IMG/VR virus record: IMGVR_UViG_3300025132_000028
Coordinates: 1-64,000 of that record
Direction: 5' to 3' (one strand)
Length of the DNA: 64,000 nucleotides
From: a virus
The notes under the pieces are model-generated. The model made no database searches. It was not told the DNA's origin and saw nothing but the letters and a program-made list of their open reading frames with translations. The translations under genes and the position numbers were made by a program. Positions within the stretch are counted from its first letter, which is position 1. The number at the start of each line of letters is the position of its first letter. Below, in pieces: positions 7,473 to 22,400 of this stretch.

Positions 7473-10400
7473 ATGATAAACAAGAGAGTTAAAATAAAAG
7501 ATGTTATTGAGAGCCAACTTCCTCGGTTTGTATTAGAAGATAACCCAAAATTTGCCGATTTTCTAAGACAATACTACATTTCTCAAGAATTTCAAGGTGG
7601 TGCGATTGATCTTGCGGAAAATTTAGATCAATACATCAAATTAGATAATCTGGTTGATAATGTAATTAATCCAGACATTATTTTAGAGAGAGCGTGTACA
7701 TCTACAGACACTGATATTGTATTGTCTAGTTCTGATGGTTTGCCTGATGAATATGGTTTAATAAAAGTTGGTGATGAGATCATAACATATACTGAAAGAG
7801 ATGGTAATACTGTTAAGGGTTGTATTAGAGGGTTTAGTGGTATATCAAAGTATAGAGATGAAAACAACCCTGAAGAGTTAATTTTTGAATCTACAGATAC
7901 ATCTGCTCACGTTTCAGGAGTTGTTGTATTTGATACAACTGGATATACTGCTGCTGATTACTATTATCAGAGTGCCACCATCACTAAAATGTTTGGCATC
8001 ATTCGTGTTAAAGCTAGCGGAACTAGTGGTAGAAGCACTCCCACTACATTCAGACTAGGTATCACGAATATTGATAATGATTTTTACCAATTAAGTAATG
8101 CTAATAGAGATTCAAATGCAAATGATTTAACAACTCTTGGTATTGATTCTTTAGGTTTAAATCAAACTATTGTAATTGATGAAGGTGATACAATTGAGTT
8201 CATTGTAAATGCACAGGGATTCCCTCTTTGGATTCAAAGTACAGGTAATGGATATGATACAACTACAGTTTTAACAACTGGTATTACTAATGGTGGAGCA
8301 AGTACAACTACAACAGTTCAAAATCTTAGTGTAGAATTTTTAAAAGAGTATTATATTAAATTAAAAGAATTATATGCTCCTGGTTTTGAAGATAGAACCT
8401 TAAGTTCAGGTATTAATGTAGGAAATTTCCTCAAAAACGTAAATTCTTTCTATAAAACAAAAGGAACTAGAGAATCATTTAGAATTTTATTTAATGTTCT
8501 TTATGGTAAAAAGGTTCAAGTAGTTGACCTTGAAGATTTTGTTGTCAAATCATCTACTTCTGATTATTTAAGAAGAGCTATTGTTGTTGTAAAAGCGATT
8601 AGTGGAAATCCTCTACTACTTACTGGTCAAACTCTTTATCAAGATTCAGACCCAACTAATGCAGATGTTCAAGTTGCATCTGGTCCTATTTCTGAGGTAG
8701 AAATTTTTACTCGTCAGGGTGAAGAGTTTTATAAAATTCCTCTTTTTGTTGGATTTAACGAACAGTCTTTGGTCTCTGGTGAATTCTTTGTTCCAGGTTT
8801 TACTAAAAATACTCTACTTGCTTCTGCTAATACCAGAGTTATCAACGTAGATAGTACCGTTGGTTTTTCTAGGAGTGGTTCATTCTTTATTGATTCTCTT
8901 GGAATTACTGTAACTTACACTGATAAAAACCTAACTCAATTTTTAGGTTGTTCTGGTTTAACATCTGATCTACCAGTTGGAAGTGAAGTCAGATCTACAG
9001 TTATTGCATATGGTTATGAAGGTGGAGATTCTACTAAAAAGGTAGAAATGAGAATTACTGGAGTTCTCGGAGAGTTTGAGGCTCAAGGAAATAACTATTA
9101 TCTTGATGTTGGTAATGAAATCTATATCAAGAGTATTGGTGAAAACATTTCTCCACCTGCAGATCCATTAACATTACCGACTTATAAACAAAGAATCTTT
9201 AACTCTTGGATCTATAATATTGCAACAAGATATGAAGTAGCTGAAATTACTGGTTCTACATTGTCTGTTTCAGATAAGTTTGATAAGAGTAATTTAAGAA
9301 CAGGAGATTCTGTAGAAATTCTTGCTAGAGGAACAAATACAATTACAACAACCGCTGTTGTAACTGTTATTGATAGCAATACTCTACAATTATCTAATAC
9401 AACAGGAATTACTACTGATAGAAATTGGGATATTAGAAGAGTAATTAGTAGGGCAACTTCTAGTAATGATTTAATTGAATTTGGAAATCAAACAATTATT
9501 TCCAATATTCAAAATGCATATGTTACCAAAAATAAAGTTAATGAGTCCATGTACGTTGCGACTCAAGGTTTACCTTCTTTCTCATTTAGTGTTGATAAAG
9601 TTTTTGTCGATTTTAGAGGACAAGATGTTGGTATTGGTCAAATCGATCAATTAGTATCATTCCAGACAAATTTACCCTTTGTTACAGGTGACGAAATTGT
9701 ATATGAGGCATTATCTGGATCTACTGCCCTAGAGGGATTAGTAAGTGGTACGAGATACTTTATTTGGGTAAATCCAGCTGCTAATAATCAACTAAAACTA
9801 GCAAATGCTAGATCGTTTATTGAAGTTAGTAAATTTATTGAATTAAAAACAGGAACAGGTACACATAGACTAACTCTTGCTTCTCAGTACGGTAAGAATA
9901 TACAACCTCAAAAAATTCTAAGGCAATTCCCATTAAAACCAAGTGTTTCTTCTGGTCTTGCTCAAACCACTTCCTATGGTCCAACAGGAATGTTGATCAA
10001 TGGTATTGAAATACTAAACTATAAGTCAAATGATTACTTATATTATGGTCCTCTTCAATCTGTTGAATTAGTTAGTGGTGGTTCTGATTATGATGTTATC
10101 AATCCACCAAAAATTACAGTATCTAATCCTGGAGTTGGTGGAACAGTTGCTGTAATTAATCCTGTTCTTAGTGGATCTCTAAAGTCTTTATATCTTGAAA
10201 ACAGAGAGTCTTATGATATTGACCAAGTTTTTGGTATCAATATTGAAGGTGGTAATGGAGAAGGTGCTAGTGGTGAAATTACACTGTCTCAAGATTATAC
10301 AGAAGCAAATTTCAATGCTAAAGATATTTTAGCAAATGGTGGTGTTGATATTCCTGCGAATACACTTACTTTTATTGGGGAGCATAATTTTAAAACTGGA

Positions 10401-13400
10401 CAAAAAATTGTTTATAATCCAAATGGAAACCAACCATTAGGTGTTGCAATTACATTAGGTTCTGATGATAATACCCAGTATGATGCTGAAAATACTTTAC
10501 AATCTGGTGTTGCATATTTTGCCAATGTAATTAACACAACTACTATTAAACTTCATGAAACAGAAGATGATGCTAATGCAGGTCTTAGTACTGTTGGTAT
10601 CACAACTTTCAATACTTTAGGTATTCATAAGTTTAGATCTTTTGATTTTAAAAATAAAATTCAAAATATTTCTGTTGTTACTGAAGGTTCTGGATATAAG
10701 AAAAGAACTTATGAAACTAAAACAACAGGTATCAGTACAGGAACTAATTGTTTTATTATAAAACAACATGGTTTCCTAGACAATGAAGAAGTAATTTATC
10801 AAGCAACTAATTCTATTCGAGAATTAACCACAGAAACAAATTATAGGATTATTCGTATAAATGCAGATGCGTTTAGATTAGCTCTTTCTGAAACTGATGT
10901 TAATAGAGGTAGATATATTTTCCTTAGCGATGTTGGTAGTGGTATTCATACTGTTAAATATCCAGATATTACTGCTACTGTTGTAGCATCTATTGGTGGA
11001 ACAACAGTATCCATTCCTTGCGAACCAGATGTAAGAGGTGAGATTATTGGTGCATACTTATCTGAACCTGGATCAAATTATGGTTCTAAAGTATTAAACT
11101 TTGAAAAACCACCTCTAATTACAGTTTCAAGTGGTACTGGAGCACAATTCCAACCATTGATTAGTAATGGAGTTATTACACAGGTTCAAATCATTGGTGC
11201 TGGTTCAAATTATACTTCTGCTCCAGATTTAACAGTTACAGGTCCTACAGGTTCTGGTGCACAACTAAAGGCAAAACTTAATGCAAATGGTAAGGTTTCT
11301 ACAGTTGAGGTAATTTCTGGTGGTTTAAACTACGATGCAGAAGATACAGCTATTGTTGTAAGGTCTGTAGGACAGTCTGGTATTATTGAATCAACAGTAA
11401 GACCATTAACTGTTAATTTGCATGAAAAGTATTCAACAGATGATTTCTTAAATGCTGAGACTCAATATCCAATTCAATATGCATCTTTAGCATATTCTAC
11501 AGATCTTCAAACTGATTTTGGAGATTCTCTTGCACAAAGATCTCCTATTATTGGTTGGGCATACGATGGAAACCCAATTTTTGGTCCTTTTGCAACAAGA
11601 GATCCAAAACAAAACACAGGTATTACAACATATGTTCGTTCTGGATATCAATTAGCGAGTAATCTAGTTCCAAATAGACCAACTGCAGGAGAATATCCCG
11701 CTGGTTTCTTTGTTGAAGATTATAAGTTCATGGGAACTGGTGATCTTGATGTTCATAATGGTAGATGGTTTGTATCTGACGATTTCCCTGATGGAATTTA
11801 TGGATATGTCGCTACCCTTGAAATAGACCCAGGAACTGGTTTACCAAGAGCATCCTTCCCATATTATATTGGAGACACTTATATCGCTCCTAGAGCGTCT
11901 CAGTCCATCTCTCAGGACGATGATATTAATGCATTAGATCTTAGTAGGAATACTTATCCTTACAGATTAAAAAGTCTTAATGCTAGTTACGATTTTGTTA
12001 TCGAAGCTGATGAATTAATTGGACAAGAAGGTGTTATTGATTCTGTCTTTACTGGTGGTGTTGAAGAGTTAGAAATCGTTGAAGCAGGTGATCTTTATAA
12101 AGTTGGAAATACTTTACTATTTGATGAAGAAGGAACTAATGGTAATGGGGTATCTGCACAGGTTTCTTTCATTAAAGGTAAAAGTGTTACTGATTTACAA
12201 AGCACTAATGTTCAATTTGATGAGGTAACTTTCCAAAAAACAGGTGATACAGAAATTACAGGAATTATTCAACCAAATCATGATTTTAACAATGGTGAGG
12301 TTATCGAAATATTTAACACGAATACTGATATTAAAGGTCTTCAAGGATTCCATGTAGTTGGTGTTGCATCAGAAAGAGCTATACTTTTAGATCCAGTTAA
12401 AGCGGGAGCAGTTGGTGTTGTAACTGATCTTATTGTAAGTAGAATACCAGGAAATGTAAGTGGTGGATCTAGTATTAAATTTAGTGATGGTGAAGTTGCT
12501 AAAGTATTAAATGTAATTAAGGGTAAAAATTTAGTACGTATTGAGAGAACAGGTATTGCATCATTTAGTGCTTCTGGTACTATCAGTTATCTTCAAGATA
12601 GATTCACTATTGCTAGTGATGCTCCACAATTTGTATCTGAATTCTTCCCTAAAAAATTCTTTAATCCAAAACAAACAGTTGGTGTAGGTACAACTGTAGG
12701 TAATTATGAGACTCTTAGTTATACAGAAAATAACATTGCCCAAACTAGAGTAGTTGAGCATGGATCTATTTTCTTAAATAAACATCCTTTCTTGGATGGA
12801 CAAAAAGCTTTATTTGTTAAGAAATCAGGTCAACTTTCTCTTGGTGTTGCTACTGCAATTGGTATTGGAACAACAGCTACTCTTGTTGCCGATTCTTTAC
12901 CTAGATCAGGTGTCGAACAAGAAGTTTTCATTATATACAAATCAATCAATACAATTGGCATCAAAACTCAGAAAAATGGTGCTGAATTGTTCTTTACTAG
13001 CGATGGTAGTGACGATGATGGATATTTTGTTCAAGGTATCGGTACAGCAGTAAGAGGATCTGTATTACAACCAACTACAACAGTTACTACAACTCAAGCT
13101 CATGGGTTAAAAATAGGAGATACTGTTAACTTTAATGTAATTGCAAATCAAGAAGTTGGTTTAGGTGCAAGTTCTAGAGTAAGAATAGAACTTAATTCTG
13201 AAGGTTTGATTATTGTTGATTCTCAAGGCATTTCTTCTACTGGCGTTAATACATCGACTAATAGAATTTCTATTTCAGGTAATAATTTTAGAACAGGTGA
13301 TAGAGTTTACTATGAACCTAAATCAGAAGTTATTGGTGGACTAGGAACTGGTAGATATTACATTTACAGAGATTCTCCTGAAAATTTCAGATTATGTGAA

Positions 13401-16400
13401 ACATATGAAGATTCTGTGGCAGATGTCCCCGTTATAGTTTCTTTAACAAGTATTGGTGGTACGAGTCATAACTTTGGTTTAATTAATCCAAAAGTAGAAA
13501 TTCCTAGCAGATCTACAACTGTATTTGATTTACAAAACTATGAGTTAAATGGATATAATTTCAAAATTTATTATGACCAAGGATTTAATAGTGAGTTTGT
13601 AGGAACTGGTCAAAGTACATCTGCTGAAGTTGGTGATGTTCTTGATGCAGAAGATCGTGTAATTAGTATTGGTAACACTTATGCTAGATTAGATGTTAAT
13701 AATAATACCTTCTGTCCTAAGATTCTCTATTATAATGTTACTAAAGATGGAACACCATTAATTCCAGATAATGATGTAAAAGAAAATAATACTATTAAGT
13801 ATGTGGATAGTGCATACACTGGTATGTTTACGATCACTGGTATTGGTACTTCCGCAGTTGGAGTCGGTACTACTACATTTAGTTTTGCGATCGCAAAAAA
13901 TCCAGAGCAAGTTTCTTATGCTGCAACTGAGGGTAGAAGGTTCTATGCTACTGGTGCTGTTGGTCCAGAAGGTCCAATTGATCAGATTAGTTTACTATCC
14001 AGTGGAGAATTCTATAGAAAATTACCAAGATTCTTAGGTGTTGATTCTGAAAATGGTGATAACTCCACTATTAAACCAAAATCAACCAGAATTGGTCAAA
14101 TTAACTCAATTCAGTTAGTAAATGAAGGATTTAACTATTCTTCTGATACTACTTTAAGACCAATTGTTGATGTTCCTACTGTTACTACTATTAGAGACTT
14201 TAATACTGTTGGTACAATTAGTATTTTATCTAATGGTAAGAACTATATTTCTGCTCCTAAGTTAGAACTTGTTGATAGATTTGTAGGTACAAAAGTTCCT
14301 GGTGCTAATATTGTTGCAAGAATTAATGAAAACTCAGGTTCTATTGTAGATACAGAAATTGCAGCTAATCCTGTAGGTCTACAAAATAGAGAGTATAGGT
14401 TATATTCAGTTAATAATACAAACGGTATTGTCATCACAAAATCAGAATCTAACCCAACTAGAAGTGGTATTGTAACATTTACAATTTCTACTCCTGTTCT
14501 TGGGTTTAGTTCTCCTCCATTTGCTGTTAATGATGAAGTTTGGATCGAAGGTTTTTCAAAAGATTCTGGTTCAGATGGTTATAACTCATCTGATCATCTA
14601 TACAATTTCTTAAAAGTTAATAATGTTGTAACAACTAATCCATTCTCCTTTGAAGTTGATTATTCAAATTACACATTTAATGTTGGTTTGGGTGTTAGTG
14701 ATACTCAAAACTTCTCTCGTGTTATTGGTAAAGAAGAACTACCTACATTTAGTATTGGTTTACAACAAGCTTCATTTGATAAAAATGAAAAACTACTTGT
14801 AAATAATGCAGAGACTGATTTACAAGTTATCTCTTTTGATGCAACTGCTGAAAATATTAAGTTTGTTGGTACTGCTCCTATTGTTCCTGATGATATTATC
14901 ATTGGAGCAAAGAGTGGTAGTCAAGCAAAAGTTGTAGAAATCTTAAGATTTGATGGTGTTTACAGTGTAGAAGCTGAAACAGATAAGACTATTGAAGGAA
15001 CATCTGATTCTGGAAAACTAAATTCAAGTGCTCAAGTTATCCAAGATAATAATTATTATCAGAATCTTTCATATACACTTAAAACTGAAGTCTCTTATGA
15101 AGATTGTATTGATGCGGTAAACAACAGTGTTCACCCAACAGGTCTTAAAAACTTTGTTGATAGTCAGTTAGTAACTATTGGTAAGAATGCTGGTATTCAA
15201 ACTTCTACTACTGTTACTAATGCTACAGTAGATCTTGTTGAAGAAGTAAGAGTTGATGATCAATATTATTTTGATATAGGTAGAGATGTTAATATTGCAA
15301 CTAGAAGTGAGGTAGAACTCAGTAATGAGATTGAATTGGAAAATGCAAAATTATCTGACTATTTTGAATCTATTACAAACAGAGTTCTAAACATTGACGA
15401 TATTTCAAGTCAGTTTAGTAATATTAGTAATCCAAACACTTTGGATCTATTTGAAAATATTTACAGATATCCATTTAACTTTATCTCAAATAGATTCCTT
15501 GTTCAAATTACTAGTGAAGATCGTAGAGATTTCCAAGTTTCTGAAATTACTATTCTTCAAGATGGAACTAATACTTACTATGCAGAACCAACCTTTAAGA
15601 AATTACATAGTACACCACAAGAAATAGGAACTCTTGAAGGTTCTGTAGACACAGAGAATTCACAAGTTCGTTTAAGATTCTTCCCTGCTGATCCATTTGA
15701 TAAAAATTATGATATTAAAGTTCTAAATCAGTTTTATAATACTGAATCAACACTGACTGGTATTGGTACCACTGCGTTTGGTTTTGCTGCTCTAATGGGT
15801 TCTGATGCTGAAATTGGACCTTCTACATCTAAATCTTTTGTTTCTGTTGCAGCAACAAACTTTGATTATCTACATTCTCAAGTTGAAGTAGAAACTGTAT
15901 CTTCTGGTCAAAAAGAGACCATGTTTGTTGAACTGAAAGCAATTCATGATGGAAATGATAGTTATATGTCTGAATATAATATCATTCTTTCTGATGGTTC
16001 TTTTGGTGGTACTAACGCAGGTGCATTTGGTACATTTGGAACTACTTATGATCCTAGTGGTAATAACTTTAGTATTGAATTTTATAATGCTAGACCTTCT
16101 GAGTTTGTAAACTTAAAAGCAAGAACATTAGGTTTTGGTAATACTACTGGAACTACTAACAGAGACTATAGATTCTTAGCAACAGGAATGATTCCTAATA
16201 ACGAAAGATCTGCTCAGTATTATACTGAATATCAGACTGTTGGTGTTGGATCTACCGCAAACTTTGCTGGTATTAAGAGTGATATTCAGTCCGTAAACCA
16301 GTGTACAATGGTTGTTGGATATGGAAGGACAGTATCTGCCTTCCAGTATATGTTCTTGAATGACCAACTTGGTGATTCTCTATACTTCTCGGAATATCCC

Positions 16401-19400
16401 GTATTATCGGTCGGTAATACGACGGGTCTGGGAACGGTATTTGCCAAATATGATGGTGAAAAGGCTGTTCTTGTGTTTACACCTGAGGCAGGTATAAATG
16501 ACAAAATGTTCATGAGAACATTTAATGAAGTCCTTTACTTAGAACTTGAAAGAAATATTGTAAATCCATTGGAATATGGAGCAGTTGTTGAAGAAACTTT
16601 CAATACTACTTACACAGGTTTGAATTTCAGAAATATCTTTGAATTCCCAATGTTGTGGAATGGATATCCAATTTTCTCTAAAACATTTAATCCTTCTAAT
16701 ACTTCTGCACTTAATCTTGCTACTGGTCAATTTACTATTAAAAATCACTTCTTTGCAAGTGGTCAAGAATTAGAATATCTCCCTGGTGGAACATTTGTTG
16801 GTGTTGTCACAGCACCAATGACTCTTGCAAACGGAAATCCTCTACCATCTCCAGTTTACGCAATTAAAGATAATGAAGATCAGTTTAGAATCGGTCTCAG
16901 CACGGTAGCTGCCTTAGCTGGTATTGGAACTACTTTAGGATCTGTTGGTGCAGGTAATCTTCACGAATTTGATTCAACTGGTAAACTATCCAGATCTCTT
17001 ATTGCGATTGATGGTCTTGTTCAAAAACCACTTACTTGGTCACCAATTACTAGGACTCTAGAGAATAATACAACTCTTTCTGGTTCTAGTCTTGGTCTTG
17101 GTAAAACTTCCACATTTATGGCAGTTTCTGGTATTTCATCTATTGTTCTTGGTGATTTATTTGAGATTAATGATGAATTTGTACTTGTTGAAGCTGTTGG
17201 TGTTGGAACAACTACTACTGATATTAATTCTAGTGGTATTGGTACAATTAACTTATGTAAGATTCAACGTGGTTCAGTAGGAACAGCAGCATCGTTCCAT
17301 GCTAATGGTTCAATAATTCAAAAATACACTGGTTCTTATAACTTCTCTAGAAATAATATTTTCTTCACTGGTGCTCCTAATGGTGGTAAATCTTCTGATG
17401 AAGCATCTACAACTGGTATACCAGAAGCAGGATCTAGTTTTAATGGAAGAGTTTATTTGAGAAAAAATTATGATTCCAATAAAATCTTTGATGATATTTC
17501 TGGTCAGTTTACTGGTATTGCAAAAACATTTACTCTTAGATCTGAAGGTGAAGATATAACTGGTATTGGTAGTGAAGGTGGTTTTGGTATCTTCTTTGTG
17601 AACAATATGTTCCAAAAACCACAAACTCCAAATAACTTTAATGCAAACCTATTCATTAGAGAAACTGGTGGTCAGACTGATCTAACTTTCACTGGTATTC
17701 TTAATGAAAGTGGAGATCCTATTGTTTCTGCAACAGATATTAACCAAAATGGTTTACCTAGAGGTGGTGTTGTTGTTACTTTAGGTTCTAGCGAAGGTAA
17801 AGGATTTGCAAACCTAGGTAATCCATCTATTGGTGCTTCTATCAACCATGCAGGTGAAGTTTATAAGATTCTGACTGCACCAACAACTCAAGGAATGAGT
17901 AGCATTACCAATTATGTCTACGATCATACTATAGGACTTTCTACAGTTACAACCTCACAAGCACATGGATTAGAAGCAGGTGATAGTATTGATTTTGTAG
18001 GTATTGGATTTACTTGTGTACCAACTAAATCTGGAATTACTACTGGTGTCTTCCCATATACTAGAGGTCAGAAGAAGACTGTGGTTGACTTCCTTTATGA
18101 TAATAAAACTGGAATGGCAACAGTAACCACTCTAGAAAGATTTGGTATTTTAGAAGTAGGTGAGGAAGTATTCTTCAATGGTATTGGTTTCACATGTATT
18201 GGTCAAAAGTTTGCTCAAATCAGTCAGAAAGCTGGAATTACAACCACTCTCTTCCCTTGTAGAGCAGGTATTGCTAAGACTATCTCTGCCTTTAATTATG
18301 ATAATCAGTCTGGTATTGCTACTATTACTTTGGCAACTCCTCACAGATATGTGGAAGGGGAAAGACTCTTTATTGAAAATCTTAACTTAAAGTGTGGATA
18401 TGGTGCTAACATTACTAATGCCATCTATGACGCACCAACAGGTCTTACAACAATAACTACAGCAACTCCTCATAAATTCTCCAAAGGAGATAAGGTTAGA
18501 TTGCAGGGTCTTGAATTCTCTTGTGCTGGATATGGAATAACATTTGCTATTTCTACCTTTGAATATAATAATTCTACAGGTATTACTACGATTACAACTC
18601 CTAGTCCTCATGGAGCACTACCTGGAGAACAGATAAAATTAACTGGTCTTGGATTTACATGTCCAAAAGTTAATGTTGGAACACCTATTGGATTTACTTA
18701 TGAACCTTTAACTGGTCTTTCTACAGTCACATTTGCTTCTAATCATGGATTAACAAATGGTGATAAAATCTCCATTGGTGCAAGTAGTATTGTATTTACA
18801 TGTACTTTAGATGGTGGTGCTACAACTCATCCATATCCTCGTCCTACAGACTTTGCATATAATAAGTATCTACCAATTTCAGGTGTAACTACAAATTCAT
18901 TCCAAGTTAATGTTGGAACTGGTGGTACAGGTACATTCCCACATACCTTTGTTAGTGCAACTACAAATGCGATTAAAACTCTTAACTATCTTGGAGTAAC
19001 AACTTCAACATTCCCAGATGGTACACAGGGAAATCAATTCAGAGTTACTAAAGTTCTTTCTCCAACCAAGATTCTAACAAATGTTGGTATAACTTCTATT
19101 CCTCATGTTTATACTGAAGGTGGTGAGGTACAGGTTGGTGTTACATCTCATATCTACCCAACTGGTAAATATGGATTTGAATTTATTGTTTCTAGCACAC
19201 CAACTAGAAATAAGTTCAGAGTTAACGTAGGACCTTCCACAATTGCTCACACTTATGTAAGTGGTGGTACTGCACTTCTTGGATTAAGTACAACCATATA
19301 TCCATCATCGCAATCAGGTATTGGTCACAGTATAACTGACTTTATTTACGATAATACTACTGGTCTTTCTACTATTACTGTTGCAAGAAATTCTATACCA

Positions 19401-22400
19401 TTTGCATTGGGTGATAGAGTCAACTTTGCTGGTTTAGGATTTACATGTCCTAGTGGTTTTGCTGGTCTAACATCAACTATTTTCCCACAATCATTAGGAA
19501 GAAAATATAATATTGGAACAGTTTTCTATAATAATGCTACTGGTCTTGCTACTGTAACCACAACTGCTGCTCATGATTTTAAAGTAACAGATAGTCTAGA
19601 TTTACAAAATCTTCTCTTTAATTGTTCTTCAGCATATGCTGGCGTAACTACTCATAGATTCCCAGATTATGTTGACGAACCTAATAGATCTTACAGAGTT
19701 CTAAGAATAGTTGATCCAAATACAATCTGGGTTGATGTTGGTGTTTCTACAATTGTTCACACATATAACCTTGGTAGACATACATGGGTAGGAGGAACAG
19801 CAAGTAATGCAGTTCAGTCTGGTGGTAATTATGTACATACATTCTTATCTGCTGTAACAAATGGAGTTACAAGTGACGTTGGTAATTTACCAAACCCAAT
19901 TACAAACGTAGCATATACTCCTAACACAGGTAATATGGTAATTACCTCTGCTACTCATTTATTAACAACTTCTAATACACTTACCATCGCTGATAACGCA
20001 TTGTCCTTCACATGTACAATGGATGGAAATACAGCAACGAAGACTTATCCAAGATCTACTGACCCTGTATCTGGACAAACTATTACTATTACAGGAACAA
20101 CTACTAATACTATTACAATTAACGTTGGAGCATCACCTATTGTTAATCATGATGTAACAAATGCTACTTATGACAACGATACAGGTGTAATGGTCTTAAC
20201 TATTGGTGCCCATACTCTAACAACTGGAACCAGTATTAAGATAGCAAACGGAGCATTGAGTTTTACATGCGAGGACGATAATAATGTAACAACTAAGACT
20301 TATCCTCGTGCTAGTGACCCTTATTATGATACTGCAATTAACATTGATGCAGTAGGGGCAGATACTATTACATTAAATGTTGGAATTAATACTCGTGGTA
20401 CAGTTTCTGCAATTAAGAAAACTGGTCCTTATGAAGTAACCAGACTTCTTGCACCTAGACCATATGATGTAACTAATGCCATCTATGATCCTGTTGTAGG
20501 TATCATGACTGTTACTGTTGGTAATGGACATGGTATTTCTGTTGGTGAAACTGTTGATATTGGAACTAATGCATTAACATTTACCTGTGATATGGATTCC
20601 ACAGGTTCTCAAAAAACATATCCAAGAAATTTAATTAAAACCTTTACAGCAACTAATGCCATCTATGATCCTGTTGTAGGTGTAACAACTATAACTGTTG
20701 CTGGTCATGGCATGGATGATGGATGTTGGGTCAAATTAGCAGATGAATCATTATCATTCATATGTGGTTATGGTGTAACTACTCATATATTTGTATCTGC
20801 AACAACTAATGCTGTTAATGTCCAGAGTGGTGCAGAATCTGGAAATGAAAAGACCCCTAACGCAGCAACTTATAATGCATCAACAGGTCTTCTTACATTA
20901 GGATTTGCAGCTGCTCATGGAATGTCAACTAGTGATACAATTACTCTTGATTTCAATTCATTAACATTTACTTGTGCTGCAGATTATCATGCAACAACCC
21001 ACACATATCCTCGTGTTACTGATCCTATTGCAGGAGTAACCACTGCTGTAACTGTTACATCAGGAACTGAGTTTACACTTAATGTTGGAGATTCTCTAGG
21101 AAGTAAGAGTGCAAAATCATATCCACGTTCTAGTGATCCTATTAGTGGAGAATGGATACAAGTTTCTAATACTACAACAGATACTTTTGAGATTCAGTCT
21201 TTATCTGACAATTCTACCCCATCTACAAACATAGATGCACATACATTTACATCTGCTGTAACAGGTGGTATTACACATAAAGTAGATAAATCATTCGAGC
21301 AACCAGTTTCAGTTGTTGGCGTTGGAAATACTACCATCGATCTTCAAGTTGGTAGATCACCGATAGTTAATTTCAACGTAACTAACGCTACATACGAACC
21401 AACAACAGGTGTTATGGAGTTGACTATTGGTTCTCATGCTTTTGCAGTCGGTCAACATATAAAATTAGCAGATAACTCAATATCATTTACTTGTACTTTA
21501 GATGGTAACACTTTAGTCAAGTCATATCCTCGTGCTAGTGGTACTGGTATCAATGCTGGTACTCCAGATTATGCATATCAGAAATCTTTAGAAATTAGTG
21601 CAGTAACCTCAACGACTATTACTATCAATGTCAACTCTAGTGTAGGTCTTTCTTCTATCAGTGACTTATCTGCTCATACATTTGATAGTGCAACTGCAGG
21701 CGCTGTTATTGCAGGTGGTAACTATGCACATACATTTGTTGGTGTTGCTACTGGTGCTATCACAAAAGGTGGTCCTAGATTCAACTGTAACGTCGGTATT
21801 ACCACTTACAAACACAACTATACACCTTCAATTGGCGTTGGTGAAGTAAGAAAACAGAACTTTGGTGGTGTAGATGATACCTTTATCGTAACTGGTATTG
21901 TCGGTAAGAAGTCGTTTACAATTGATGCTGGTATTTCAACTTATACTCACTTCTACGATGTAGATACAAAAAATGCAATCAGTAAGAAGAAACTAAGGAC
22001 TGATTCATTCATTGTTGATACTATTTACAGTGATAGGTCATTTAGAACTAATGTAGGGGTTTCTTCATATCGTCACGTATACGATCCAAAACCAAGTAAA
22101 GAACCTGGTGGTATTAGTAGTATTACTGGAATGACATACAACACCTCTACTGGTATTGCAACATTTACTGTTCCTAATCATGGAGCAATTGGTGGTGAAC
22201 TAATCAGTATTTCTGGTCTTGCCTTAACTTGTCCTGGCGGTACAGGTATTACAACTCATATTTTCCCAGATCCTAATGGTTTAAGTAGAAATATTAGCAC
22301 CGCTAATTATAATAATTTCACAGGTATAATGACAGTGACCACTAACGTTGGTCATGGTGTTACATTTGTTGGTCAGTTTGTAAAACTTGAAAATCTTGGT

